A DNA stretch of 64,000 bases from Podarcis melisellensis (Eukaryota): assembly GCA_964234715.1 (NCBI GenBank), contig OZ174275.1. The stretch is one strand, 5' to 3'. Of the stretch, positions 36,782 through 50,123 are shown one piece after another. Every line of letters begins with the position of its first letter. Within the stretch, counting starts at the first letter, position 1. A program made the translations under genes and the position numbers. A model generated the notes under the pieces. The model worked only from the letters and a program-made list of their open reading frames with translations, was not told where the DNA came from and did not search any database.

Positions 36782-39014
36782 CATAGATAGATAATTTATT
36801 ACGGTCGGAGACCACACTTGGGGTACAATTCCAGAAAGAAAACAAACTGTTAAAACAATGTACCACAATAAATTTAAAATTTATAAATGTGATAAGCATA
36901 TAGACACTTAAAACTTTAAGATCAGCTACCGCATAGATATGACCCAGAGTCACCCATGGAACCGAATTTGGGGATTTTCTTCATGAACTAGTTTGAGTCA
37001 GGGGATGGTCTGAGCCTACAGATCTGTACACAGAATCTGGAGACCATCCGGGTCGTCTTATGATCTTTGCCTAACAGGAAAAGGTCGATTTTTTTATTTT
37101 TCCAGTAGCTCAGCGAGCCTCACCAGTAGGGGATCAATGGTTTTACAACGTGCCTCTTCATAAAAGGGACATCTAAAGAACAAGTGCTCTGGGCTTCCTA
37201 TATCCCCCAATGAACAGGCGCAAAGTCTCTGAGCATATGGGACTTTTTTAAAAGGCTCCTTCCAGGACCAGCGAGGGCAGAGCCAAGCTTCTGGAGAGTG
37301 TAAAGGCCCTTCTAGCATTTTTGGATACGAGAAAGAAGAGATATGCTGCCGGTACGACTATATATCTCTTGATTTCTCCAGTTTTACAGTCAGGGCACCT
37401 TGAGCAGTCCTGTTGTCTCTCAGTGTCTGTGATTCTTTGCCTGACCATAGCTTTTGCCTGGCCCAACCCCAGACTTAGAAGGGCTTAAGGGGCAAAACCC
37501 AGTTTCTGAAGGGTGTTCAGGACTGCTGTCAGCCAGCCTGACTGGAACTGGTCGCAGAGGATCAGTGGGGCTATTCTTCAGGGGAGCAGATTCAATGCCA
37601 GCCATTTGTAAATTGATGTTAGGCAGATATAAGCCTCCACTCTCATCATCCCCATTTCTAGTCTAACCCATGCATTTGAAACACATCTGGGGACTTGTAG
37701 GAGAGCTCTAAGAAGTTTAGACTGAACTCTCTCAAGGGGGGAGAAAGCAGAGGAAGGTGGGCCCAGAAAGGATCCATAAAGGAGCTGTGTCAACGTTTTG
37801 GCCTTGTATAATTTTAGTGACGCGGGGACGAAAAAGCCCCCTTGTGCTCTAAAAAATTTAAGAATACAGTTTGCGTTTTTTTCTGCTGAGCTGCTGATGA
37901 AATTTATGTGAAGTTTGTTCCTGAGTCCTGTACCACCATTCCTAGATACTTATAATTTGTGACTTGTTCTAATTTATGGCCTCGAAGTTCCCAGCTTCTA
38001 AACTTTGGTTTTCCCCCAAAAGTGAGTATCTTGGTCTTTTGATAGTTGATTTTGAGACATTCAGTTTCACAGTATGCTGTGAGCTTTCCTGGTGCTCTTT
38101 TGAGCCCAATGGGGGTTTTAGATAAAATTACCACATCATCGGCATATAACAGGACTGAAATATGCCGATTTGTGAGCTTCAGAGGGTGGAGTTCTAAGTC
38201 ATTGAGTGCAGATCCTAAATTATTTAAATAGAAATTGAATAGTAGAGGGGCCAAAAGGCACCCTTGCCAGACTCCCTTGAAGGTTTTAATGGGGTCTGTT
38301 AGATGTCCTAGGCAGCTACACCTGACTCTAAGAGCCGTGTTTGTGTGCAGTGCCTGAATTAGGAACAGAAGCCTTCTATCTATAGTGGTACACTGTAGTC
38401 TGTCCCAGTCTGGTTCTGGAGACTGTATCGAAGGTTGCTTTTAGATCAACGAAAGCAGCATATAGTGAGGCCTGCCCTCCTGATTTGATGAGATGTTGCA
38501 ACGTTAGACAGTGATCTATCATGGACCTTCCAGGTCTAAAGCCCGCTTGTTCTATTGCCAGGATATCTTCATTCTCTAGCCATTCTGTAAACTTATTAAG
38601 GAGGTGCTTTGAGTAGAGTTTACTAATCACTAGTTTACTAATTAATAAGCTGATCGGAATATAATTTGCTGGGTCCCCTCTTTTACCTTTTTTATAGAAT
38701 GGGACAATTGTGGCTGTTCCCCATTCCCTTGGGATGTGACCAGTGTCATCTATGTAAGTAAAGAGGATGTCTAAGAAAGGTGCCCACCAATCCGCCTGTG
38801 CTTTTATCATTTCTGGGATAATGCCTTTTGGGCTTGGGGCTTTGGCCGTTTTCAGTTGGTTTATATATGATTTCATTTCAGTTACTGAAACTGGTGGCCA
38901 TTTAGCCAGTTGTTCTATATTATAATTCCATAATGGAGGTTCAGCGTCCTCATACAAAGATTGGAAGAATGAGCCCTAAAGGTCAGGGGGAATTTGTGAG
39001 GTTAAGGGGGAAAT
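36782..39014 (-). mobile_element. 5'-truncated, frameshifted non-LTR retrotransposon (RTE-X-like)
   Basis: RT fragments KAPSPKG, YKKGKRGDPANYIPISL, QAGFRPGRS..DH, FVDLKATFDTV, LLYADD, YKYLG; C-terminal CxC...EH.FF.CP.Y; 3' end GACCGTAATAAA plus (CTAT)n. The LINE call is firm; the clade call is tentative. Confidence 0.85.
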
Positions 39015-39242
39015 AGCAGAAGATGTGCATGTAGCAGCCCCCTGGTATGCCTGCACAGTCCTTCCTAGAACAAGGTGACAACTATAGGCTAAAGCACTAA
39101 AATATATAGCTCTGTATGTCTTATTTAGTTATTAAGTTATTAAGAACAAACTCCCATACAAGTCTACCCTGAAGTATTTTCAGCTGAATGCAATGTGGCT
39201 TAGTCCCAGGTAAGTAAGTCTAGGATAACAGCTTCAAATAAT

Positions 39243-39304
<62 letters not shown>
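39243..39304. repeat. (TA)n/(TG)n microsatellite; empty-site equivalent of the PLE insertion
   Basis: Flanks CAGCTTCAAAT and ATATGAATTGCATCTT match 31891-31901 and 33807-33822. Confidence 0.9.
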
Positions 39305-39765
39305 GAATTGCATCTTAAATTCTCAAACCTGAAAATGAAAAGAAAGCAGATGCAAATTCATACAGCAAAATATTACTGTAAATTTTAAAGATAATGGATT
39401 TTCAAGAAAATTGAAAAGAAACTTGTTTAAGGAATGGAATGTTGCAAAATGATATTTGTTAAATTATAGAAATATTATTTGTAATATCCCAGGACGTTAA
39501 GATAAGGCTTATATTATTTTATATCTTCAGATTGAGAAGAAAAATCAAAATCATGCACTACAACGTAAGGCACACAAGCAGTTGGTACATATCGACAACC
39601 CAAGACATGCCCTTTACTTAGTACAACCAGACTTTTTTGGTTATGACTACTGAAGGTATATCATTCGCTCGTCCCAGCTGAATCCATTCTCTCCTCCAAC
39701 TGAAATTATATGAAGATCCATGTTCATTCGAAATAAAAAATAGCAGGAATAAATCAGCTACAAAA

Positions 39766-40710
39766 ATGTCTACAGAAAATACAAGTATTGTGTCTGAATT
39801 TATTTTTGTGGGACTTGTAGATGTACCAGAATTGAAGATTCCCATCTTCACATTGTTGCTGCTGATCTATGTTATCACTGTGGTGGGCAACCTAGGGATG
39901 ATTTTGCTGATCAGAATGGACTCTCAGCTTCACACCCCCATGTACTTTTTCCTCAGTAATCTGGCTTTCTTAGATTTTTGCTATTCCTCCAACATCACCC
40001 CCAAAGCCTTAAGCAATTTCCTATCAGAGAGGAGAACCATTTCTTTCCTGGGTTGCATAATACAACTGTATTTCTTTGTTGCTCTGGCAAGTACAGAGTT
40101 CATGCTTTTTGGGCTAATGGCTTATGACCGCTATGTGGCCATCTGCAACCCTTTGTTGTACACTTCAATCATGTCACACACCCGATGCGTCAAGATGGCT
40201 GGTGGAGCATTCACAGCCGGCTTCTTGAACTCAATCATTCATACCACTTTGGTAGGTACTTTGTCTTTTTGCCAGTCTAATGAAATCAACCATTTCTTCT
40301 GTGAGATCCCCCCACTACTCAAGCTCTCATGTTCTGATACATCCATAGCTGAAACACTAGTTTTCATGTGTGCTGGAATCAATATGTTAGGCTCTCTCTT
40401 GATAATCCTGAGTTCTTACCTGTACATCCTTTTCACGGTGGTCCAGATGAAGTCAGCCAAGGGCCGCAAGAAAGCCTTTTCCACGTGCATCTCCCATCTG
40501 CTTGCTGTGATCATATTCTATGGAACTACTATATATATTTACTTACAACCTAGTTCAAACTATTCAGAGGATCAGAATAAAGTGGTGTCAATGTTCTATT
40601 CCTTTGTCATCCCAATGCTCAACCCTTTAATTTACAGTCTGAGGAACAAGGAGGTGAAGGAGGCAATGAAGAGAGTGATGGATAAGAATGCATTTTCACA
40701 TTTACAATAA
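39766..40710 (+). CDS. Olfactory receptor, class II; gene 8 (array copy 3)
   Basis: 314 aa, canonical motifs; acceptor AG at 39529-39530. Confidence 0.97.
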   Translation: MSTENTSIVSEFIFVGLVDVPELKIPIFTLLLLIYVITVVGNLGMILLIRMDSQLHTPMYFFLSNLAFLDFCYSSNITPKALSNFLSERRTISFLGCIIQLYFFVALASTEFMLFGLMAYDRYVAICNPLLYTSIMSHTRCVKMAGGAFTAGFLNSIIHTTLVGTLSFCQSNEINHFFCEIPPLLKLSCSDTSIAETLVFMCAGINMLGSLLIILSSYLYILFTVVQMKSAKGRKKAFSTCISHLLAVIIFYGTTIYIYLQPSSNYSEDQNKVVSMFYSFVIPMLNPLIYSLRNKEVKEAMKRVMDKNAFSHLQ

Positions 40711-43700
40711 AATACTATATCAACAGACTGTCGAATTAATTAGATTGCATGTTAGATTTTATTCAAGTCCTCTAGCCTTGTTATGTAAAGTACGTAAGCA
40801 TGTTCTTCATTTAAACATATCTGTAATGCAACACAACTGTCTATGTTCTTTGCCATATTTTTAAACATTTTAGAGAACATATGGATCCTCATTGTATTTG
40901 GAGTTGATAGTCAAGTATTCACCCTGATACAATGAGCATTGAGCTATTAGAAAACACTCCCCAAAAAGAGGCCCTCAAAATTTGCAAGAAAGAAGCAATG
41001 CAAAAATGATGGTAGAGCTGAATGCATGTGTTCCCAAATTGATTAAAATGGGTGGGAAACCTGGGGTCCTCCAGATTTCTTTGGACTCTGATTTCCTTCA
41101 TCCACACCCGGCGTAGAATCCTTCTGGACCATGAGGGTAAGAAGGCTTTGGGGGAGAAGAAAAAAACATTGTTCTGTGTGGTTATGCTACTTCTTGAAAT
41201 ACAAGATGGTGCTGGGTACTGTTTCCCTAAAATGTGACCTTTGACAGGTAGGCCCTGAATGGTTGTATCCTGTCTCCCATGCTTTTGACATCTACCTGAA
41301 GAAGTCACCTGTAGTTTGGGGGTAGGATGTCATCACAATGCTGATGCCACCCAGCTCTTACTTATTGCTTCCACGATTCAATCCTGGCGAGGCACTGCAA
41401 ATTCTAAACTTTTCATAGTTTTGGAAGAAAATCAATTGAAATGTAATCAAGGTAGAACAGAAGCAATCTTGGTTGGCCATTTTAATGATCTTGGAGGAAG
41501 TACACAGACTTTTCTCAGCTGGCTCTACAGAAGTGCCCTTATATTCAGAAAGATAGAATATACATTTCTGAAAGAATCTAAAGAACTAGGGTGGTTGGTT
41601 TCATACCTCACGTGGTAGTACAAGCGTTTATCTGCAGGGCTAGAGGGTTATGGAAAGAGTTTATACTATGTGGAGAAGTAGCTGAGCTGAGTTCATCCTT
41701 GCCTTGGTAATGTGGTCTGTGTTGCTTGCAAGCCCAATCAATAAAGTTGTGTCTGTTAATGGTCTACCTTTTACCTGGTCCAATAATATGGAAATAACAA
41801 CTTCTGAGTCTCTGGATCTTTCTTATTCCTTGGAGATTAAGTTCCCTGATAAAAAATGTATGCTCTAATTAGTATAAAAATGTTTGTTCCCATATGTATA
41901 CTTGCAAAAGGAATTTAAGGCACAGTGGCAGAAAGATATAGTTCTTTTGTAAACCTCAGCAGATGGGGTAGACATGACCCTGAATGAAATCAGCCCCACA
42001 CTCTTTGCTTACTAGGATGATTACTTTATTGAGGACTTAAATGTACATTGTAGCTGAATCACTGAGTCACAGAAAGAAAACACTTCTGAAGGTTGGTGGT
42101 GGGGCACTTCCACTGTCAAGTGACTTTCTTCGTAGTCATACAGGTAGGTAGTTTCTGATCCCATCAAGTTACATGTGTTCTATCATTATTGCCCTTTTAC
42201 AGTGCTTCCGACTGGGGATATGAATGGTGTCTTTGTGTGTATGTGTGTGTCTATACTTTCTCTGTGTGTAGCACACACACGCATATATATGAAAGGGTGT
42301 GTGCATGAGAGAATGGGTTGTGAATTTTTAGGGATGGGTGAGTATTGCTTGATGTGTGAATGGGGCATTTGGGTAGATAGAATGTGAGATGTGGGGGAAG
42401 GGAAAGGAGAGGGAACAGTGTATATATGTGAAATGGGAGGACTTCAGTACAGGTATCAGATGGAATCATCCTCCAAAGAAATGTTACTACTGTTCCAGGC
42501 AGCCCTAATCTCCAATGGTGGGAGATTTTAGAGGTTCCAGCACTTTTTCAGGTTTCATTTTTCTTGGAATGAAGCCCAGCGAAGACTGTGGTGCATTTAA
42601 GATATCTAGTTTCATTTAGACACATACAGTATATAACCTAAGCATAAAATGGAGGGGCTCACAACATTAACACCCCACCAGATCTTGTTTCTCTATCAGT
42701 CCCAGCTTTGGATATAGCACAGTTCCATCATGTCCCTGTTTCTCCAGCTTCCAGCCTGCTTCCAGCTCAGTTCACACCCACCCACCAGACTATTGTTTTC
42801 CTCTCTAGTAGCTAGGTGTGTGCAAGTGGATGAAAGGCCCACATATTACTCTGGAAGGCACCATCACCTAGTGGTAGCCTAGCTCATTCGTTTTGGATGC
42901 CGAGGAGGACACTTAAGGGGTCAGCTAAAGCCATTCTATTACAAGGAAACTTCTCTGACTAGTTCAGCAATCTATATTAGATTCCAACCCTCACTGGTTA
43001 CAGGAGCCCAATAATTGGAAGGGTCTTAGGGCATTATCCAGACAGGACCCCAAAATCCACGGTGCTGATAACTGCAGTCCTTCAGCAATCGACAGATACT
43101 TGTGTCATGCACAGACTCATTATCTTATCCAGACCTGCCCCCTATCTCTCTATTTAACATTAGGGACGCAGGTAAAGGCCGATCACAACAACAACATCCC
43201 CCATAATAACTGTTGTTCATCCATGAATGATGGAGGTATTGCCCATCATTTATGGGTGGACAACTACTTTCTTCAGGGCCATATAATTCAGAGAGTTAGG
43301 GAAATGAATCATCTATTAGTGTAGTAGCACAGCACTTACGTAAAAAATGTGTAACTAATTACATATAATTTACTGAGGGTTTTCTTAAAAAATACACAAA
43401 AAACGACCCTGAGAAAATATAATTGCATTCACTTCAACAAGAAACTCCATTTCTAATCAGTGAATAAACAAGGAGGTTGGGAATTTCTGCATCTGTGCCC
43501 ATGTACAGTGGAGATCTCTGACATAGGGTTGCCATTTTTCAAACAGTGAAAATCCAGACAGAAAAGCCTTACTTTATTTTTTATTTGCAGATTGAGAAGA
43601 AAAAGAAAAAATATGCTCTACAACCTAAGGCACACAAGCTGTCTGTACACATTGACAACCCAGGAAATGCATTACTTAGTACAATCAGACTTTTTTGGTT

Positions 43701-43822
43701 ATGACTACTGAAGGTATATCTTTCGCTCTTCCCAGCTGAATCCATTCTATCCCCCAACTGAAATCATATAAAGATCCGTCTTCAGTCGAAATAAAATTAT
43801 CAGGAATAAATCAGCTACAAAA

Positions 43823-44767
43823 ATGTTTACAGAAAATACCAGTGTTGTGTCTGAATTTATCTTTGTGGGATTTGCAGCTGTACCAGAACTGAAGATTCCC
43901 ATCTTCACATTGTTGCTGCTGATCTATGTTATCACTGTGGTGGGCAACCTAGGGATGATTTTGCTGATCAGAATGGACTCTCAGCTGCACACCCCCATGT
44001 ACTTTTTCCTCAGTAATCTGGCTTTCTTAGATTTTTGCTATTCTTCCAACATCACCCCCAAAGCCTTAAGAACTGTACTATCAGAGAGGAGAACCATTTC
44101 TTTCCTGGGTTGCATAATACAACTGTATATCTTTGTTGCTCTGGTAAGTACAGAATGCATTCTTTTTGGGCTGATGGCTTATGACCGCTATGTGGCCATC
44201 TGCAACCCTTTGTTGTACACATCAATCATGTCACACACCCGATGCGTCAAGATGGCTGGGGGAGCATTCACAGCCGGCTTCTTGAACTCAATCATTCATA
44301 CCACTTTGGTAGGTACTTTGTCTTTTTGCCAGTCTAATGAAATCAACCATTTCTTCTGTGAGATCCCCCCACTACTCAAGCTCTCATGTTCTAATACATC
44401 CATAGCTGAAACACTAGTTTTCATTTGTGCTGGAATCAATATATTGGGCTCTCTCTTGATAATACTGAGCTCCTACCTGTACATCCTTTCCACGGTGCTC
44501 CAGATGAAGTCAGCCAAGGGCCGGAAGAAAGCCTTTTCCACCTGCATCTCCCATCTGATTGCTGTGATCATATTCTATGGAACTGGCCTATTTACATATT
44601 TACAGCCCAGTTCCAACTATTCAGGGGATCAGAATAAAATGGCCTCTCTATTTTATGCCTTTGTCATCCCAATGCTCAACCCCTTAATCTACAGTCTGAG
44701 GAACAAGGAGGTAAAGGAGGCAATGAAGAGAGTAACAGGTAAAAGCGCATCTTCTCACTTACTATAG
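43823..44767 (+). CDS. Olfactory receptor, class II; gene 9 (array copy 4)
   Basis: 314 aa, canonical motifs; acceptor AG at 43589-43590. Confidence 0.97.
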   Translation: MFTENTSVVSEFIFVGFAAVPELKIPIFTLLLLIYVITVVGNLGMILLIRMDSQLHTPMYFFLSNLAFLDFCYSSNITPKALRTVLSERRTISFLGCIIQLYIFVALVSTECILFGLMAYDRYVAICNPLLYTSIMSHTRCVKMAGGAFTAGFLNSIIHTTLVGTLSFCQSNEINHFFCEIPPLLKLSCSNTSIAETLVFICAGINILGSLLIILSSYLYILSTVLQMKSAKGRKKAFSTCISHLIAVIIFYGTGLFTYLQPSSNYSGDQNKMASLFYAFVIPMLNPLIYSLRNKEVKEAMKRVTGKSASSHLL

Positions 44768-44805
44768 CTTGCTACTTTAAAAGGTTTTCAAGTCATATGG
44801 ATGAG

Positions 44806-45790
44806 CTTTTATTTTTTTGTATATAATTTTTATTAAATTTTCTGGTTTACAATTAAAATACTCATTTTTACATCCTTAAAATATCAATGACTTTCCTTCT
44901 TCCCTTTCCATGGTTCATTACATATTATAAATCCCTGCATATTTTATAAAAACTATACCATTCAGTATTCCATTATTGCATCCATCACAACTATTTATAC
45001 TGTTGAATTTACCTTAATGCTGCCAACGTTTTCAGCTGTACACAATTATTTCCCATATATTCAATAAATGTTTTCCAATATTCTCTAAACATGTGTTCTT
45101 CTTGTTCTCTTATTCTATATGTTAAGTATCCGAGCTGCTTATATTCTGTCAGTTTAAGTTGCCATTCTTTGGTTGAGACCTCGCTCGTTTTCCATTTTGG
45201 GGCTAACAAAACACAGGCCGCAGTAATAGTATACATAAATAACCTTTTTTGACACTTGGGAATTTCAGTCTGAGTTACCCCCAACAGAAATGACTCTGTT
45301 TATTATGGATCATTTCCCAATACTCTTTTACCCTTTTACAAATCCACCTCATATGAAAGAATGTTTCCTCCACATCTTTGCATCTTCAGCACTTATCTGA
45401 TTCAGCCTTACATATTTTCACAAGCCTACTCAGAGTTAGATACTGTCTGTAAATCATTTTCAAAGAGTTCTCCTTCAAATAATAACATGCTGTAAACTTC
45501 AAATCACTTTTTCACAGTTTCCCCCAGAGGTTAAAATCTATGTTTTGTCCTACATCTATCGCCCAGTGTGCTTTAACACGCCCGTCTTTTGTTTCCCAGT
45601 CTAATAACAATTTACATATTTTGTACAAAAGTTTCTCTTTGTTTTGTAGAGATTCTTTTTCGAATTGTGAGCTCTGGTGTGAAAAACATTTTTTTATTAT
45701 CTAATTTAAACATTTCATGTAACTGATGGTATTGTAATCCCCTGTAAAGTACAGCAATTCTCTGTAAGTTACCCACTGATATGGATTACA
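44806..45790 (-). mobile_element. Degraded L1-clade LINE 3' fragment
   Basis: Poly(T) tract and TTTATT at the left end; A-rich minus strand; ORF 45009-45284 (LFMY...AA..LLA.KWK......EW..KL.EY) resembles an ORF2 C-terminus. Confidence 0.6.
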
Positions 45791-46954
45791 TTTTAGATAT
45801 TTTCAAGTATTCTAGTCTGGTGACATGGGGTACTTAAGTACTTAACTTCCATTTAAGTGAATCTGTAATCTTCTAGAAATATTTGCTATGTCTTCAAGGC
45901 TAGATCCATCCCCCCCCCCACACACACACACACATTCTGGGTATACAACAGTGCTCCAGCAGCACTCCAAAGCATAATTGCCAGGGTGCTGAAAAGCACT
46001 TCCCCAATGCTACTGGACATGACCATGTACAGTAGGTAGAAAAAGAACTACCAGGACACAGTGCCTTCAATTCCCATCCCACAGAGCCAGCCCAAGATGG
46101 AGGAATCCAAGGTCACAGAGAGACAGAGATGCAGGAGAAAGCTTGAACTTCCCATGTCCCACTCTTGGTAATGGTCATCCATCAGAGCAACCAAGACTGG
46201 CTCCATCTCATGGCCAGGTCTGGACCCAGATTAGAATGATCTAGATAATGCATGACATTCAAAATGCCTGCAGTTCCTCTCTTGACCACTTGCCAAAGGA
46301 AGGGGGTTGGTTGCCTTCTGTCCCTTCCTTGCAGGACCACAAAGGGCTTGAAGAAGCAGGCACAGCGGCAACTTCTGTGTAGGCGAAGTCGCAGGTTGCT
46401 TGTGTGCACGCCATCAGATGATGGTACATAAGTTTGGGCAGAGGCATGGCCGTGCTATTGCTCCAACGGTCCAGCTTGGAGCACAAGTCTGAGGAGAGGA
46501 TGCAAGCTACTTAGGCACCAGAAGAGGGTGTGTTTAGTGCACCTACTGTGTGTGCTTTGTCAATAAAGAATTAAACTACCATCCGTTTGTCATCTTTGGG
46601 CTGGGTGTGCTCAGGACACCTGCCACATAGGAGACATGATTCTGTGTACTAACCAGTGTTGGGTTGACTTCAAAATATGAATATAGCAGTGACTCTATCA
46701 ACCACCTGCCTCATCTTCCCATTCCACAGCGAGACCATGATCAACAGCTTTCTCCACTGGAAAGCCTGGCAGAGCATTCAGGAATCCAACAGGTTCCATC
46801 AGTCTCTGGGGGTGAGCTACCCAATGTGTTCCATCACCCTTGCAGTGAGGAACATCTACCACCACTCCAATCTAGGCCAGAAACAAACTTTACTTGGTGA
46901 ATGCTGGACAGTAGGGCCAAGATACCTGTGTCACATTCACATATCCGAAGTCCA

Positions 46955-47530
46955 CATTTATTTATTTATTTATTTATTCATTCATTCATTCATTTATTAC
47001 CCACCTTTCATCCTAAGCTTCCAGGGTGGGTTATCACATTAAAGCACAACATCATTAAAAAAAAAGATGACAATCATAAAAATAAGGTGGGTCCTGAAAA
47101 CATACACCACAAGTTTCAAAGGCCAGAGTAACGAAGTACGTCTTCAGCACTCTCCATAAATTGTATAATGAAGGTGCCAGACACACCTCTGTGAGGAGGG
47201 AGTTCCACAAATTAATAATAATATAATAATAATTTTTTCTTTATATCCCGCCCTCCCCAGCCGAAGCTGGGCTTAGGGCGGCTAACAGCAATACAAAATA
47301 AACAAATAAAAAAAAACAATAAAATTAAAAGGCTGCCACAGAGAATGCTGCCACCACCTGAGATTCTGAGAGCAGAGGAACTACCAAGAGGGCTTCCTCT
47401 GCTGATTTCAGCACCTGAGAGGGTCTTTAGGGAAGGTCTGTCAGGTATTTGGCGCCTGAGCCATTTAGGGCTGTTTTCCCATAGTGGAAACAAGGGAAAG
47501 CATTTCAAAAGCTTTCTGAGCACTGGTCAA
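46955..47530 (-). mobile_element. Old L2-like fragment interrupted by a second L2-type tail (~47211-47330)
   Basis: (TTTA/TTCA)n tail, GGGAGTTCCACA and GCCATTTAGGGCT motifs shared with other L2 copies; inner TATATCCCGCCC...AGGGCGGCTAACA hairpin with AAT repeats. Confidence 0.55.
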
Positions 47531-49163
47531 TATGAGCACTGGTGTTTCCATCCTAAAAACTTAGGACACCAACCTTCATGGATTCATGTTTTACCCCTGC
47601 AGTATTGTGATATACCTGTAACTCTTTGGTTTGGATATGCAACAGTCCCTTTCCTCCTGGACCCTTCCCCAGCTTCCCTCAAGTTCTCCAGGGACTTGGT
47701 CTCAACAGCATGATGATTAACGCAAACCTTCAAAAGCAACAGTTCCTGCAATGAGACAATGCATAATCCATTACGTGCTTCACAGGTAAGTTGCCACAAA
47801 TGAGAACCATTTAAGGAGAATTTGACCTGAATATGGTAATTTTTGCTATCTTAGCAGCTGCAACACAGTGGTAAATTGCTGTCTTCCTTGATGCAGACAC
47901 TTCAAAGATTCCGGCTTGTGACTATTCTTCATAAACGCTTCACAAAGGCACCTTACTGTATTTTCTTCTACATGGTTTTCTGAGCTCAAATTGCGTTAAT
48001 TCATCAAATTATTGCTTTTCTTTAAAAAATGTCAGGAAAGCACAACCTCCAAAAGTAAGAAAACTTGTTTTCTTATAATTTGCATAGGGTGAAAAGAAAC
48101 TATACAATATTATAAGTGACCTATTCTTTCCAATAATGTTATGAGGGCACTTAGGTGTTCTGTTTGTACTGCTTTTGCATTTTACTGCTTTTGCATATAC
48201 TACTTTGGGTATTTATTTATTTTTAAAGCAAGTGGTTATACAGAATGAAGTTCTATAAACAGACGTCTATTGGCAGCAAGTTGTTCTGAGCAGTCAATAA
48301 ACACACAGAAAGACAACTTATTTCTAAGCATGTTGACTACTATGCAGTGGCATTTTTGGCTTAATTTCAGATTAATTTCATGAGGCTGAAGCCCTGTAAA
48401 ATATTTTAATGCCAAGGCTCAACTCTGAGAAATACATGGAAGATACAGTAGCTCTGAGCACGTGCAAAGTGTCCTTTATCATCAAAGAGAGAAGGCAAAT
48501 TCAGGTCAGCAAGTGAGGTTTCTAATCACACTTGAGCCATAGCATTTACAAATTAACCATTTAAGGTACTTTTACACACTCTAGCAATAGTATACACCAC
48601 AGAGTTCTGTAGATCTCCTTGTGAAATGCCCAATTAAGCTGTGGCCCAAGTTACTAAACTAACAGTGGCTCCACCAGTGCACTTGCACAGCATTAACCCC
48701 CTCATTGCCTCAGACTCCCAGTAAGTAGCAGCAGCTCTGCTGACAGGAGGCCCAGAGCATGGGCACTGCCCCTCCTCACCAGCCACTACTGGTGAGGCAG
48801 CCTCGGGAGCCATCATGTGATAGCCTGGCTGAGAACCAGGTAGCCCTTCAAATAGAGGACATCTTTCAAAAAGAAGACTGTTCTCTGCAAAGAGCCCTCC
48901 CACACTGCTCCTTCAAGCAACTGCCAACCACACCCAATATGTTCTCACAAGGATAATATTTATTTATATATTTGTTGTTGTTTGTTTATTTAATTTTGCC
49001 ATATATCGCACACCTCCCTATAAAATATACAAGGCAGCTTTTGAGAATATTTACTCTCCTTCTTCTAGTTTCAAGAGAGAGGCAGAGGAAACTACTGTCT
49101 AAAACCGTTTCATTGTCCCCACAGCTCATTCTTCTTGATTCACCTACCATAGATCCAGATGCA

Positions 49164-50123
49164 ATGAAACAAAAACGGGAGGAAATGGCCAAGGGGAATT
49201 TCACGGCAGTGACAGAGTTCATTCTCCTTGGTTTCACGGATCGTCAGGAGATCAAGACCATTCTCTTTGTGCTCTTCCTGGCCATCTATCTGGCCACCTT
49301 GGTGGGGAACTTTGGCATCATCACATTAATCTGGATCAGTCCCTCTCTGCACAGTCCAATGTACTTTTTCCTAAACAATCTGTCCTTCCTGGACCTCAGT
49401 TATTCCTCCACCATTACTCCCAAGATGCTGGCCAACTTCATAGCAGAGAGGAAGAGCATTTCATTCACAGGATGCATTGTGCAAATGTATCTGTTTGCTG
49501 CCTTTGCCGATGCAGAATGCCTCCTGCTGGCTGCCATGGCGTATGACCGCTACATGGCCATTTGTAACCCACTCCTCTATCCACTTTTCATGTCACGCAA
49601 AGTGTGCATATGTCTGGTAGTTGGCTCCTATCTCACAGGCAGCATGACCTCACTGGTGCACACTTGTCTTACCTTCCGTCTCTCCTTCTGCGGTTCCAAC
49701 GTCATCAACCATTTCTTCTGTGACATCCCTCCTCTGTTGGCCCTCTCCTGCTCCAACACCCACTTCAATGAAATCCTACTCTTTGCCCTGTGTGGATTCA
49801 TCCAAATGAGCACATTTGTGCTCATCATCATCTCTTATGCCTGCATCCTTTGCACCATCTTGAGGATCCCCTCAACCGATGGCCGCCACAAAGCCTTTTC
49901 CACATGCACCTCCCATTTGACAGCTGTTGCCCTTTTCTATGGCACCCTCTTATTCATGTATCTACGTCCTAGTTCCAGCTATGCCATGGACACAGACAAA
50001 ATAATCTCAGTGTTTTACACGGTGGTGTTTCCCATGGTGAACCCCTTGATCTACTGCCTGAGGAACAAAGAGGTGAAGGACGCTTTGAAGAGAACATTGG
50101 AGAGAAATGCGTGCTGCTGTTAG
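49164..50123 (+). CDS. Olfactory receptor, class II; gene 10 (alternative start 49185)
   Basis: First ATG at 49164 ([14 protein letters not shown]). Motifs [44 protein letters not shown]; acceptor CTCTCCTTCTTCTAG at ~49068. Confidence 0.97.
   Translation: MKQKREEMAKGNFTAVTEFILLGFTDRQEIKTILFVLFLAIYLATLVGNFGIITLIWISPSLHSPMYFFLNNLSFLDLSYSSTITPKMLANFIAERKSISFTGCIVQMYLFAAFADAECLLLAAMAYDRYMAICNPLLYPLFMSRKVCICLVVGSYLTGSMTSLVHTCLTFRLSFCGSNVINHFFCDIPPLLALSCSNTHFNEILLFALCGFIQMSTFVLIIISYACILCTILRIPSTDGRHKAFSTCTSHLTAVALFYGTLLFMYLRPSSSYAMDTDKIISVFYTVVFPMVNPLIYCLRNKEVKDALKRTLERNACCC

Larger units (their letters stand above)
26110..44770 (+). repeat. Tandem array of four OR units (~26110-29120, 29120-35250, 35250-40745, 40745-44770)
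   Basis: Non-coding blocks recur in each unit (CTAGCCTTGTTATGTAAAGTA; GGCACTTCCAnTGTCAAGT; CAG|ATTGAG), each followed by a near-identical OR. Confidence 0.92.

Noticed and set aside
45820-46627. Possible old solo LTRs here, at ~60190-60800 and within the array spacers
   Set aside because: AATAAA and CA-like ends are suggestive, but no TSD or reliable boundaries could be established by eye.
48972-49163. 64-aa N-terminal extension of gene 10 (383-aa ORF)
   Set aside because: Begins at TTG and crosses a polypyrimidine/AG acceptor at ~49068; this is intron/UTR read-through. The TTG starts of genes 2, 3 and 4 and the 28098 start of gene 6 are likewise not accepted.
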